The position numbers and the translations under genes were made by a program. 48,559 nt of DNA, taken from positions 1-48,559 of the IMG/VR virus record IMGVR_UViG_3300037789_000029; one strand, 5' to 3'. This stretch comes from a virus. Its lineage: Duplodnaviria; Caudoviricetes. Under the pieces are notes generated by a model. The model ran no database searches. It saw nothing but the letters and a program-made list of their open reading frames with translations, and had not been told where the DNA came from. This document shows positions 8,062 through 17,455 of the stretch, piece after piece (position 1 is the first letter of the stretch; the number at the start of each line of letters is the position of its first letter).

Positions 8062-10347
8062 ATGTTTGATCTTTCCTTCACCTGCGAAAACACGCCGACC
8101 GGCGAGGGCACCGTTTCCATCGAGACGGAGACGCCCTCGGCTATCGTCGCCCCGGCTCAGGTCTGGTTGCGGGCCGTGGATCATGACGGGCTGGCGTCGT
8201 ATGAACAGACAGGCGCAGTCTATGATGGTGCCCACCACGAGTATTACCACGAGTGGACGATCAACGGAGAGCCGTTGTCCGCTTGGGCCAAGCCTCAGAG
8301 CCTGATTTCCGAACACAACAATCCCAACAAGATGTTCGGGCGCGAGGTGGCGTTTCTGCTGCCAGCAGCGGGCGATTACGTGATTGATCTGGTGGTGACT
8401 GACCGGCTCGGAAACACCGCCACGGCCAGCACCAGCACCATCACTGTGCAAGACCCCGAGGATTATTTCCCCGAGGCCGACCGCATCTATGTCGATCCTG
8501 ACGGCGTGTGGGCGGGTGTTCCGGCTGCGTCCACTAAATATACGACGCTGATTGAACTTGAGGCGGCGCTAACTTCGTTTGGCACCAACCCGACATGGCT
8601 TTGCCTGCGCAATGGGGTCGAACACAGCATGTCTGGCGTGGCTCCGGGCGGAACCGACACCGGACGCGAAAAAATCTTCTTCCAGCACACAAACACCATC
8701 GTTCGCATTTCGGGCTATGGCAGCGGGCCGGGCGGCTCCAAGCCGATCATTGCCGCCGGTACGGACAGCACTCGAGACGCGCGAAACAGCCTCTTTGATG
8801 TGAAGCAGCCGAAAAACTCGATTGGCTGGCGCACTGTAACCGGCCTTCGTTTCGAGTCCAATTACAACCCGGAAACTTGGCATGGGATAGGCAACTGTGG
8901 CGCGGCTCTATCCATGAGCGAATGGAAGGGCGACGAAGGGTTCTGTCTGTTCCACGACATTGAAACAGAGGGCACCGGCTACGGTTTCTCGGCGGGCAAC
9001 TCTACTGGTGTTGTGACCGTTCCGGTTCGCTTTATGATTGCCGACTGTGAGGTTGATGGATGGCGTGACTACGGGCATTTCGGATGCTCCCCTAACACTC
9101 GGTTTGCGTTCATCGGGAATTACTTCCACCAAAAACCGAACACCCCGAACCACGGCGATCAGGACGGCACGGCCACGAACCACGGCCCGATCCGCATTCC
9201 CTATGGCTTGCATGTCATTGTCCAGATGAACGACCTGTTCAGCCGGGGCGGCTGGGATGGCAACGACCAAGCTTGCCTGCGCCTGTTCCCGAGTGCAGAC
9301 CAAACACCAACGCAAGTAGCGCACGTCTCTCGTAACACCTTCATTGGCGGCTGGGAAATCATCCACATGCGTCGTTCGTCTGATGGGGAGGCTGTTCCGG
9401 TAAACGTTGTGATCGAGAAGTGCTTGACGGTTGGCACCGGCAAGACCTCGTTGCACCTATATTGTCAGCGGTCGGGCGTGACCGTTCGCGACAATATCGC
9501 AGTTGACCTGAACGCACCGCGTGACGTTCCAACTTGGGGCGGTGCCGCTTATCTGTTCACCGCAGACAGCAAAGTTGTTGCTGGCAACGAGGCCGACCCG
9601 ATCTGCATCTACGGCAACACCTACCTGAGCCTGTTCGATGCATCCAATGATGGCGTGAACAAGACCTACACGATTGCCGAGAACCTCAACGACTACTTCA
9701 CCAATATGGATGACAACGTGGAAAACAACGTCGTTCACAAGCCCAGCGGTGACATAACGGCGACCGACTTTGCGCCGATCAATATCGCCACGAATTTCTC
9801 CGGCGTTGACGCGACCTACAACGGGACGAAGAAGGGGTTCGAAGCCCTCGACATTGTGATGTCTTCGGAAATCGTCAACGGGGCGACTTACCCCATCGCA
9901 TACGTTGATACAAACCAAGACTTGCGAGATGGAACATCACTCGGCGGTGCGACCGATCAGGCATATTGGCAAGCTATCGAGGCGACCGACACCGACCACC
10001 AGCTTTACATCTTCGATGATACAGCCTCAGCCAAGCGGTATCGCCATTATTCCCAGCTTGGCGATTTCTCTGTCGATTTCTCGGACGCTACCAACATCGT
10101 CATCACAAACACCAGCGGCATGTCCTGGCCCATCAACCAGCGCATTGCCTTCCGGCTTGATCGGAAGTCCCTGACGCCCGCGATAGACGCCACCTATGCC
10201 AATGGTGCTGACGTTCCAATCCCGCGCCCGACAACAGGCTCTCCGGCGATTGGCGGCGCAACCACAGGCCGGACCAGTCCGACTGATTTCTTTATGGCAG
10301 ATAGAGGCGCAACACCCTCCAAAGGGGCTGTTGAACCTGCTGTTTAG
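8062..10347 (+). CDS. PKD-like domain + beta-helix (pectin-lyase-like) protein, putative depolymerase/spike (~761 aa)
   Basis: PKD-like AGDYVIDLVVTDRLGNTATASTSTITV; IYVDP; repeated GN/NN ladders; C-terminal SPAIGGA...GAVE. Confidence 0.6.
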   Translation: MFDLSFTCENTPTGEGTVSIETETPSAIVAPAQVWLRAVDHDGLASYEQTGAVYDGAHHEYYHEWTINGEPLSAWAKPQSLISEHNNPNKMFGREVAFLLPAAGDYVIDLVVTDRLGNTATASTSTITVQDPEDYFPEADRIYVDPDGVWAGVPAASTKYTTLIELEAALTSFGTNPTWLCLRNGVEHSMSGVAPGGTDTGREKIFFQHTNTIVRISGYGSGPGGSKPIIAAGTDSTRDARNSLFDVKQPKNSIGWRTVTGLRFESNYNPETWHGIGNCGAALSMSEWKGDEGFCLFHDIETEGTGYGFSAGNSTGVVTVPVRFMIADCEVDGWRDYGHFGCSPNTRFAFIGNYFHQKPNTPNHGDQDGTATNHGPIRIPYGLHVIVQMNDLFSRGGWDGNDQACLRLFPSADQTPTQVAHVSRNTFIGGWEIIHMRRSSDGEAVPVNVVIEKCLTVGTGKTSLHLYCQRSGVTVRDNIAVDLNAPRDVPTWGGAAYLFTADSKVVAGNEADPICIYGNTYLSLFDASNDGVNKTYTIAENLNDYFTNMDDNVENNVVHKPSGDITATDFAPINIATNFSGVDATYNGTKKGFEALDIVMSSEIVNGATYPIAYVDTNQDLRDGTSLGGATDQAYWQAIEATDTDHQLYIFDDTASAKRYRHYSQLGDFSVDFSDATNIVITNTSGMSWPINQRIAFRLDRKSLTPAIDATYANGADVPIPRPTTGSPAIGGATTGRTSPTDFFMADRGATPSKGAVEPAV

Positions 10348-10354
10348 CAAGACT

Positions 10355-10389
10355 GGTATGGTTTGTTCACCGTGGAAACGAGCCATACC
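10355..10389 (+). promoter_or_regulatory. 35-bp palindromic motif, copy 2
   Basis: GGTATGG-ttt-GTTCAC-cgt-GGAAAC-gag-CCATACC; ends 14 nt before TTGACA. Confidence 0.8.
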
Positions 10390-10403
10390 AACCCCCGATC
10401 CGA

Positions 10404-10432
10404 TTGACAGAAAAGACTAAACTCACTAATCT
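10404..10432 (+). promoter_or_regulatory. Sigma70-like promoter for scaffold/capsid genes
   Basis: TTGACA-N17-TAATCT. Confidence 0.65.
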
Positions 10433-10458
10433 TAATGTACCCACAACGGAGCCTTATC

Positions 10459-11121
10459 ATGAACCTGACTATCTTCTCTATGCCCCGAATTTGCTGGTCG
10501 CCAGATGATCCGGCCGGAGATACTCCGCCTGTTACACCGCCCGCAGGTGATCCTCCCGCTGACCCAAATCCACCAGCTGACCCCGCCGATCCCCCTGCCG
10601 ATCCTGCCGAGCCTAAAGACCCTCCGGCCGATCCTCCTGCTGAGCCCGAGCCGCTCACAATGGAGTCGATTACCTTGCCCGAGGGCCTCGCCATCCCCGA
10701 GGAACACCAAGAGTCTTTCCTTGGCATCCTCAACAACAATGAGCTGTCGAAGGCTGATATGGTCAACCAGCTCCTCACCATGCAAAGCGATGCACTTACT
10801 GCGGCTGCCGAACAAAACGCCCAGGCTTGGGTTGACCTTCGCGGCCAGTGGCAAGAGCAAGCAAAAGCATTACCAGAAATCGGCGGAGATAAACTTGAGG
10901 AAACTCTCGCCAACATCAAGACCGGGTTGGAAGCTGCCGGTGCGAAACAAGAGGCGTTTGAAGCCCTTGACGTGACCGGAGCCGGAGATCATCCTGCCTT
11001 GATCCAGCTAATGTCCAAGCTGGTGAAACCGTTCCTCGAACAACCCCCTGTGCCGGGAAGCCCCGCGCAGGAAAAAGCGGATCTTTCAGTCCGCATGTAC
11101 CCTTCTATGGCAAAGGACTAA
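10459..11121 (+). CDS. Capsid scaffolding/assembly protein
   Basis: Directly upstream of the capsid gene; acidic, with a PADPPAD repeat N-terminus; GGAG RBS before ATG 10459 (ATG 10435 lies upstream of the expected TSS). Confidence 0.75.
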   Translation: MNLTIFSMPRICWSPDDPAGDTPPVTPPAGDPPADPNPPADPADPPADPAEPKDPPADPPAEPEPLTMESITLPEGLAIPEEHQESFLGILNNNELSKADMVNQLLTMQSDALTAAAEQNAQAWVDLRGQWQEQAKALPEIGGDKLEETLANIKTGLEAAGAKQEAFEALDVTGAGDHPALIQLMSKLVKPFLEQPPVPGSPAQEKADLSVRMYPSMAKD

Positions 11122-11127
11122 GAACTA

Positions 11128-12126
11128 ATGGCAACTCTCGAAAGCAAGTGGCCGACGCTACTCGACGTAGCAAACGCCACTGATCCCGATGGCAACATCG
11201 CGGATATTGTCGAGATTCTCAACGAGACAAATGAGATTCTCGACGATATGGTAGTGATGGAGGGCAACCTCGCTACCGGCAATAAAACGACCATCCGAGC
11301 TGGTATTCCGGCTCCGACTTGGCGGCGCTACTATGGCGGTGTCCAGCCGAAGAAATCGACCCGTGTGACCATCACGGACTCGGCTGGTATGATGGAAAGC
11401 TATGCGGAAATTGATAAGGCGCTGGCCGATCTCAATGGCAATGCGGCGGCTTTCCGACTGCAGGAAGATCGTGCCTTTATTGAGGGCATGTCGCAGGAAA
11501 TGGCGACTTCCCTCTTTACTGCGGACGACTCGATCGAGACCGAAAAGTTCATGGGGCTCAACCCCCGCTTCAATGACCTGTCCGCAGACAACGCCGATAA
11601 CATCATTGATGCAGGTGGTACCGGAACGGACAATGGTTCGATTTGGCTGATTGGCTGGGGCCCGAACTCCATCCACGGCTTCTATCCCAAAGGCTCCAAA
11701 GCGGGTCTGCAGATGGAGGACAAAGGCAACGTTACTAAGGAAAACATCGACGGCTCAGGCGGCATGGCCGAGATGTACCGGACGCACTATCGCTGGGACT
11801 TTGGTTTGTCCCTGCGTGACTGGCGTTATGTTGTCCGTATCGCCAACATCGACCGGAGCCTCTTGTCCAAAGATGCTTCCACCGGGGCCAATATCCCCGA
11901 CCTGTTGTTCGAGGCCACCGAACGGGTTCCGTCCCTCGGCAACGCGCGTTTTGCTTTCTACATGGATCGCAAAATTCGTACCAAACTGCGTCAGCAAGTT
12001 TCGGCTGGCGTTACCAATTCGACCTTGACAACTGATATGCTTGGTGGTAAGCGAGTTGTCTCGTTCGATGAAATCCCGATCCGGCGTGTTGATACGCTCC
12101 AGGTCGATGAAGCTCGTGTGGTGTAA
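11128..12126 (+). CDS. Major capsid protein (BPP-1 Bbp17 / epsilon15 gp7-like)
   Basis: PTLLDVA...NEILDDM...EGN...PAPTWRRYYGGV; LRDWRYVVRIANID; IPIRRVDTL..DEARVV. Confidence 0.9.
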   Translation: MATLESKWPTLLDVANATDPDGNIADIVEILNETNEILDDMVVMEGNLATGNKTTIRAGIPAPTWRRYYGGVQPKKSTRVTITDSAGMMESYAEIDKALADLNGNAAAFRLQEDRAFIEGMSQEMATSLFTADDSIETEKFMGLNPRFNDLSADNADNIIDAGGTGTDNGSIWLIGWGPNSIHGFYPKGSKAGLQMEDKGNVTKENIDGSGGMAEMYRTHYRWDFGLSLRDWRYVVRIANIDRSLLSKDASTGANIPDLLFEATERVPSLGNARFAFYMDRKIRTKLRQQVSAGVTNSTLTTDMLGGKRVVSFDEIPIRRVDTLQVDEARVV

Positions 12127-12137
12127 GGAGGTTTAAT

Positions 12138-12596
12138 ATGCTTACCGAAGAAATCACTATGCTGGCGAAAGGCACCGCGCTGAATACCGGCGGGGCCGAT
12201 AACTATGTCATTGGCAACGTTATCGACCTCGATGTGGCGCGGGACATTGGTAACCTGACGGAGCTCTACTTCGTGGTTCAGGTTGTCACGGCGACGGACT
12301 CAGCGAATGATACTGCAACATTGCAGATCAAGCTGGTGTCGGACTCGACGGACACGATCGACCCGGATACCTACACAGTCCACCATGTCACTGGCACTTT
12401 TGTTTCCAGCGATATGCCTGCAGGCACCCGCCTGTGTGCGGTGAAAATTCCCCTCGAGGGAAGCCAACCGTATGAACGCTATCTTGGCTTGGTCCAAGTT
12501 ACCGGCGTTCAGGCGTTTTCCGCAGGCGCGATTGACGCCTTCTTCACTCCGACGGTGCAGGCGAATAAGCACTATCCTGAATATGACGGGGTGTAA
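12138..12596 (+). CDS. Capsid cement/decoration protein (Bbp16-like)
   Basis: Follows the capsid gene; NVIDL..ARDIG, ERYLGL, AGAIDAFF pattern. Confidence 0.75.
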   Translation: MLTEEITMLAKGTALNTGGADNYVIGNVIDLDVARDIGNLTELYFVVQVVTATDSANDTATLQIKLVSDSTDTIDPDTYTVHHVTGTFVSSDMPAGTRLCAVKIPLEGSQPYERYLGLVQVTGVQAFSAGAIDAFFTPTVQANKHYPEYDGV

Positions 12597-12599
12597 GCC

Positions 12600-13016
12600 A
12601 TGGCTGAGAAGCAAGTAGCCAAAGTGGCGGAGAAGAAGGAGGAGGCCACAGAGGCCTCCACCAACGCTGAGCTCAACGCGGCGGAACAGAAAACCACCGC
12701 TGAAAAAGCCTTGGAGCAAATCGACAAAGCTGCGGGCGCTAAGGAAGGGGGTGATCCTGCTATCTCGAAGTCGGCCGAAATTCGGGATGAACAAGAGGCG
12801 CGGATTGCCAAGCTGGAACAAGAGAACGCTGATCTCACGCGTATGCTCAAGTTGGCCATGCAGGGTAAACCACTCCCTCCTTCCAAACGAGAGCGACCGA
12901 TGGGTAAGTATCGCTTGACTGCCAGCTATTGGGATGGCCGCATTCGCCACCCGGCTGGAGAGGAAATTAAGTTTGCTGAGGGACAGGCACCTCAGTCCGC
13001 TAAGTTTCTCGGTTAA
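12600..13016 (+). CDS. Hypothetical head-module protein (138 aa)
   Basis: Charged coiled-coil N-terminus with a small C-terminal domain; operon context. Confidence 0.6.
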   Translation: MAEKQVAKVAEKKEEATEASTNAELNAAEQKTTAEKALEQIDKAAGAKEGGDPAISKSAEIRDEQEARIAKLEQENADLTRMLKLAMQGKPLPPSKRERPMGKYRLTASYWDGRIRHPAGEEIKFAEGQAPQSAKFLG

Positions 13017-13023
13017 GCAATAA

Positions 13024-13048
13024 GGGGAGGGCTTCGGTCCTCCCTTTT
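13024..13048 (+). terminator. Rho-independent terminator after the head genes
   Basis: GGGGAGGGC-TTCG-GTCCTCCCT-TTT with a cUUCGg loop. Confidence 0.8.
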
Positions 13049-13060
13049 CAGGAGAGTGAG

Positions 13061-13729
13061 ATGGCTACCTCTAAAGTTGATATTTGGAATATGGCCGTTG
13101 GGCTGTGTGGGAATTCTTCGTTCATCGCAGCGGAGGATGAAACTACTGTGCAAGCAAATGTCTGCCGGGTGTGGTACGATACTGTGCGGCGGAGTGTCAT
13201 CAAGCGGGCTCCTTGGGGATGTGCGCTGAATTGGGCGGACTTGGCGGTCCTGTCTGAACGGGATTTTGGTCAACGGTGGACCTCGAGCGCGCCCGGGCCC
13301 GGCTGGCGTTTTGCGTATGGCGCACCTCCGAATATGCTTAATCCCTTCCACCTGTTTTCCTACAATCGTTTTGAAATGGCGCTGCACAATGGCGCCCCTG
13401 CGATTATGGCGAATGAGGAAAACGCAATCCTGCGCTATGTCCAGGATCAGGAGAATGTAGAATACTGGGAAGAGGGACTGGTTGAGGCTGTCGCAAGTCT
13501 CCTAGCCTTTAAGATTTCCCCGAAGATAAATGCGAAGCTGGGGCAGCGCGATCGGCTCGCCCAGGATGCCTACGACCTTATTGGCATGGCGCAGGACTTT
13601 GCCGCGAATGCAAGTGATGCGTTTAATGAAAAACTGCCAGAAGAAATTGTCGCCCGAGGATATTCAAACCGCACGGACTCACATAAACATTTTTATACCT
13701 TCCAGAACCTCAATGTGGAAACTGCCTAA
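13061..13729 (+). CDS. Tail adaptor / tail tubular protein A
   Basis: SKVDIWNMA..L.G start, YDTVRR..PW, W.FAY..P; synteny. Confidence 0.8.
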   Translation: MATSKVDIWNMAVGLCGNSSFIAAEDETTVQANVCRVWYDTVRRSVIKRAPWGCALNWADLAVLSERDFGQRWTSSAPGPGWRFAYGAPPNMLNPFHLFSYNRFEMALHNGAPAIMANEENAILRYVQDQENVEYWEEGLVEAVASLLAFKISPKINAKLGQRDRLAQDAYDLIGMAQDFAANASDAFNEKLPEEIVARGYSNRTDSHKHFYTFQNLNVETA

Positions 13730-16530
13730 TGGCACAAGAAGATAAAATCCACTACGCATTCAGCGCAGGGGAAGTGTCGGAGTTCTACGCTCAGCGAAGT
13801 GACTTGAATAAATTCGACATTGGCCTGGGGTTGTGTCGGAACTTCTTCGTCGATCCTCGCGGTGGGATTAGTTCGCGCCAGGGTAGTCAGCTTGTCGGCG
13901 GCTTCAAGGGGGCTCTTCGCCAGGGGAGGTTGTTTCGGTTTCGTGGAACCGAGCAGGATTTCCTACTCGTCTTTGGCCACAACTACATGCGGGTTATCCA
14001 GAACGGAGGGTACGCTCTCGAGGGTGACCTGAATGTAACCATCAACGACGTGAGTGGGGATGCGATTGTAACCGCCGCAGGTCATGGGTTTGCTGAAGAG
14101 GATTGGGTTTACGTTAACTCAATGACCAACGCGGAGTTTATGGAGGGGCGGTTGTTTCGCGTCTCGAATGTTACGACAAACACGTTCGAGTTAAATGAGC
14201 CCGGCTACGATATGGTGACTGGGGCGGACTTGTCCGGTGTAGCTACGGGGACAATCTCGCGGGTGTACACTCTGGCTACGCCTTTCGTAAGTGGTCAGCT
14301 TCACACGCTTTCCTTTGAACAATCGCTGAACCAAGTTCGTATCAGCAGCTTGGAGTACCCGCGTTATCGGCTTAACTTCATCTCAGCCACTAATTGGAAC
14401 CTTGTGGAAATTTCCTCTGGGACAGCTCTGCCGCCACCGGAGAACGTTACACTTGACGCGTCCTCAACTGGAGACGCCGGGATTGCCTTTGTCGTAACTG
14501 CGATTACCGCGAATGGTGGTGAGTCTGTTGGGTCGGAATATGTCCTGATCCAGGACTCAGTTAACTATTCCGTAACCCAAGGTAGTATGCGGATTACCTG
14601 GGACCCGGTACCTCGAGCTGTGCGTTATCACGTTTACCGCTCGCTTATCATCCCCGGTACAGCCGAGGTCACGAAAGGCGAGGCTGTCGGCTACATTGGC
14701 ACGGCCTATGGCGCGCAGTTCACCGACAACAACATAACACCAGATTTTACTAAAACCCCTCCAGTCCACGTGGACCCCTTCGCGACTGGAGAGATTGAAA
14801 ATATCGAGATAACCGACGGTGGCAGCGGCTATGAAAAGTCCGATACCATCTCGGTTAGTGGCGGGGGCACGGGCTTTGATGGTTATCCTATTGTCTCAGA
14901 CGACGGGGTGATCGTGGGCGTGAGCATCGTGAATGGAGGGAGTGGGTACTCCTCCCCCGCCACAGTTACAGTGACGACAGGTACTGGCGTCGACGCCGCG
15001 TTTGACGTTAGCATCGGGCCGGACTCTGGCGTTAACCCTAAGTTGTTCAAGACCTTTCAGGAGCGCGGACTTTACTTTGGGACTGAAAATGAACCTAACA
15101 CCGTCTGGGCGAGCCGCCCGCGAGCGTTTAACAACTATGACAGAAGCACACAACCGACAGCCGCGGACCCGTATGAGTTCACAATCGACTCAATCGCCGT
15201 TAAACCGATCAAGCACGCTATCGCGCTCCGGAGTGGATTGCTCATTTTCAACTCGGATGGCGTTACCCAGCTCAAAGCAGAAACAGGTAAAGTCGTAACA
15301 GGCGCAAACGCCGTAGCGGAGCCTCAGGTCTATGCCTCGGTTTCCGACACGACGCCGATTGCGTATAACCTGGATGTGATTTTCTCAACTGCGAATAGTG
15401 AGAAGGTCTACGCCATGCTGTACACGGAGTACACCGAGTCATTCAAGCTGGAGGATTTGTCCATCCTTAGCTCGCACTTGATCGGCCTGGGGAAGGAAAT
15501 CTCTCGCTTCGTGCCCACCAGCCTTCCGGCTAATATTATCTACATGCCGCGCTCGGATGGGCGGGAACTTACTCTTACCTATCTACGCGAGCAAGAGGTA
15601 TTCGCCTGGGCGCAGCATGAAACCCAGGGCTATATTCGCGATTGTGAAGTCGTTGAGGAATATGGTGTATCGGTTAAATACCAGCTGGTTAAGCGTTATC
15701 TGAAAGGCAAGTGGCGGCAGTTTATTGAACGTGTGCCTGCGCGGCAAGATGATCTGGCGGAGAATTATTGGGGAGTGGACTGTGGTCTGAACTATCCGCT
15801 GACCGAGGGCACTGTAGACATTGCAGGGGAAGCTATTACCGAGGGGGAAACTTCTGTAATCAACGCCGGTGGGAATTTCTTCACCAACCAGCATGTTGGA
15901 GATATTATCTACTACGCCGGTGGTAAGTTTGAAATCACTGCTCGGGTTAGTCCAGCTAAGGTAGAGGGTACTTGGCTGCGTTTGCCTAGCAACGTACTGC
16001 CGCAGAATAATACAATGATACCCACTCCAGTCGACGCGGGCCAATGGTGCATAGCTACGCCGACAACTGTCGTAGGCGGATTGTGGCACCTCGAGGGCGA
16101 GGCCGTTTCCGTGTGCGCGGATGGTGATGCGTACCTGAATATGGTGGTTGAAAACGGTCAGGTTGTCCTTCCCGTCGCGGCTACCAAAATCTTTGTCGGG
16201 TTGCAGTATGTCTGTGACTTCCAATCGCTTCCAGTTAACTCATCCCAAATGGTATCCTCCGGTAAGATGGCGAAGATATACTCCATGTTCCCGCGACTCT
16301 ACGCCAGCCGCGGAATGTCGTTTGGTACCTCGTTTGATAAATTGCAAGAACTTCCCGATCGGAGTGAAGAAGCTTGGGGTGCTGTTACAGCCCTGCGCAC
16401 GGACCTTTCCCAGCTTCTTCTGGAAGATAGTTATGAGTTAGATAAGCGTATCTGTGGTAGGCAGGTTTACCCACTACCTGCCACGGTGCTCGGCTATACG
16501 GTCGAGCTGGATGTAGGAGACACAGGATGA
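13729..16530 (+). CDS. Tail nozzle / tail tubular protein B
   Basis: FSAGEVS...R.DL, GGISSRQG, FQERG, WAQHET, GLWHLEGEAV, PLPATVL. Confidence 0.85.
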   Translation: MAQEDKIHYAFSAGEVSEFYAQRSDLNKFDIGLGLCRNFFVDPRGGISSRQGSQLVGGFKGALRQGRLFRFRGTEQDFLLVFGHNYMRVIQNGGYALEGDLNVTINDVSGDAIVTAAGHGFAEEDWVYVNSMTNAEFMEGRLFRVSNVTTNTFELNEPGYDMVTGADLSGVATGTISRVYTLATPFVSGQLHTLSFEQSLNQVRISSLEYPRYRLNFISATNWNLVEISSGTALPPPENVTLDASSTGDAGIAFVVTAITANGGESVGSEYVLIQDSVNYSVTQGSMRITWDPVPRAVRYHVYRSLIIPGTAEVTKGEAVGYIGTAYGAQFTDNNITPDFTKTPPVHVDPFATGEIENIEITDGGSGYEKSDTISVSGGGTGFDGYPIVSDDGVIVGVSIVNGGSGYSSPATVTVTTGTGVDAAFDVSIGPDSGVNPKLFKTFQERGLYFGTENEPNTVWASRPRAFNNYDRSTQPTAADPYEFTIDSIAVKPIKHAIALRSGLLIFNSDGVTQLKAETGKVVTGANAVAEPQVYASVSDTTPIAYNLDVIFSTANSEKVYAMLYTEYTESFKLEDLSILSSHLIGLGKEISRFVPTSLPANIIYMPRSDGRELTLTYLREQEVFAWAQHETQGYIRDCEVVEEYGVSVKYQLVKRYLKGKWRQFIERVPARQDDLAENYWGVDCGLNYPLTEGTVDIAGEAITEGETSVINAGGNFFTNQHVGDIIYYAGGKFEITARVSPAKVEGTWLRLPSNVLPQNNTMIPTPVDAGQWCIATPTTVVGGLWHLEGEAVSVCADGDAYLNMVVENGQVVLPVAATKIFVGLQYVCDFQSLPVNSSQMVSSGKMAKIYSMFPRLYASRGMSFGTSFDKLQELPDRSEEAWGAVTALRTDLSQLLLEDSYELDKRICGRQVYPLPATVLGYTVELDVGDTG

Positions 16531-16931
16531 AATTTGTAAGATCGGAAAACATGGCGGACTATGCCTGGGGGCAGTTGCAGTTCAGCGAAGAGGAACAGAA
16601 GTTCCTCCCTATGCTGCAACAACTTACCAAGGAATATTTCATGGTGTTTACTAACCAGCTTGAACTGGTCGCTGTGGTTGGCTTAATGCCTGGGAGTATG
16701 GTGTCGAATAAAGCGAAAGTCTGGATTGCGTTTACCGGGGCTAAGATCGGCCGGAAACTCCTAGCCGACTCAAAGCGTATGCTTGACCGGCAACAGCTTT
16801 GGCCGAACTATCTTTGGCTTGAGGCGGACATTGCCCACAGCAATCCTGAGCACATTCGCTTCGCAATTTTCTTTGGTTTCACTCCGCTGGAAATCCAGGA
16901 AACCTATACCATCTACCGTAGGAAAAACTGA
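16527..16931 (+). CDS. Putative internal virion/assembly protein (T7 gp13-like, GNAT-like fold)
   Basis: Position after the nozzle; N...IRFAIFFGF motif. Confidence 0.55.
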   Translation: MKFVRSENMADYAWGQLQFSEEEQKFLPMLQQLTKEYFMVFTNQLELVAVVGLMPGSMVSNKAKVWIAFTGAKIGRKLLADSKRMLDRQQLWPNYLWLEADIAHSNPEHIRFAIFFGFTPLEIQETYTIYRRKN

Positions 16932-17455
16932 TGGCAGTTGCAGTACCACTTATCGCAGGCCTGTCCGCCTCTACCGCTACGGTGATTGGCACAGGGATTA
17001 CTATTGCTTCGACCCTCATGGGCACTGTGGCTAGTATGAACGCTGCGAGCACTGAAGCGAAGATTGCCGAGAACAATGCAATCATTGCCGAGGACAATCG
17101 CAAGCGCGCAATCCAGGAAGGCCAGATCAAAGCCCAGCAACAGGACTTCGAAGCCTCGCAGGAACTCGGGGAACTGGTTGCCAAGCAAGCAGCCTCTGGT
17201 CTTAGTGGAACCAGCTATGCATTGCAGCGGAAATCCATGCGTGAATTGGCTGCCCGAGATCGTGGGTTTACTATCTATGAAAGTGAAGCACTGGCTACCC
17301 GACACGCACAAGACGCTCAAGATTACCGGACTAGCGCAGCTAGCTCACGATCCGCAAAACGCAACGCAGGTATCGCGGGCATTCTCGGCACGGGAAGTTC
17401 GCTGATCTCCGGTGCAGCTAAGTACAATAAATACAAAGCCTTGGAGGCTACCTAA
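16931..17455 (+). CDS. Internal virion (ejection) protein, T7 gp14-like
   Basis: Hydrophobic Gly/Ala N-terminus, AASGLSGTS motif, Ala/Gln-rich helices. Confidence 0.7.
   Translation: MAVAVPLIAGLSASTATVIGTGITIASTLMGTVASMNAASTEAKIAENNAIIAEDNRKRAIQEGQIKAQQQDFEASQELGELVAKQAASGLSGTSYALQRKSMRELAARDRGFTIYESEALATRHAQDAQDYRTSAASSRSAKRNAGIAGILGTGSSLISGAAKYNKYKALEAT

Noticed and set aside
10510-10650. Tandem CCTGCCGAT-like repeats as a DNA-level element
   Set aside because: Explained by the Pro-Ala-Asp-Pro linker of the scaffold; synonymous positions vary.
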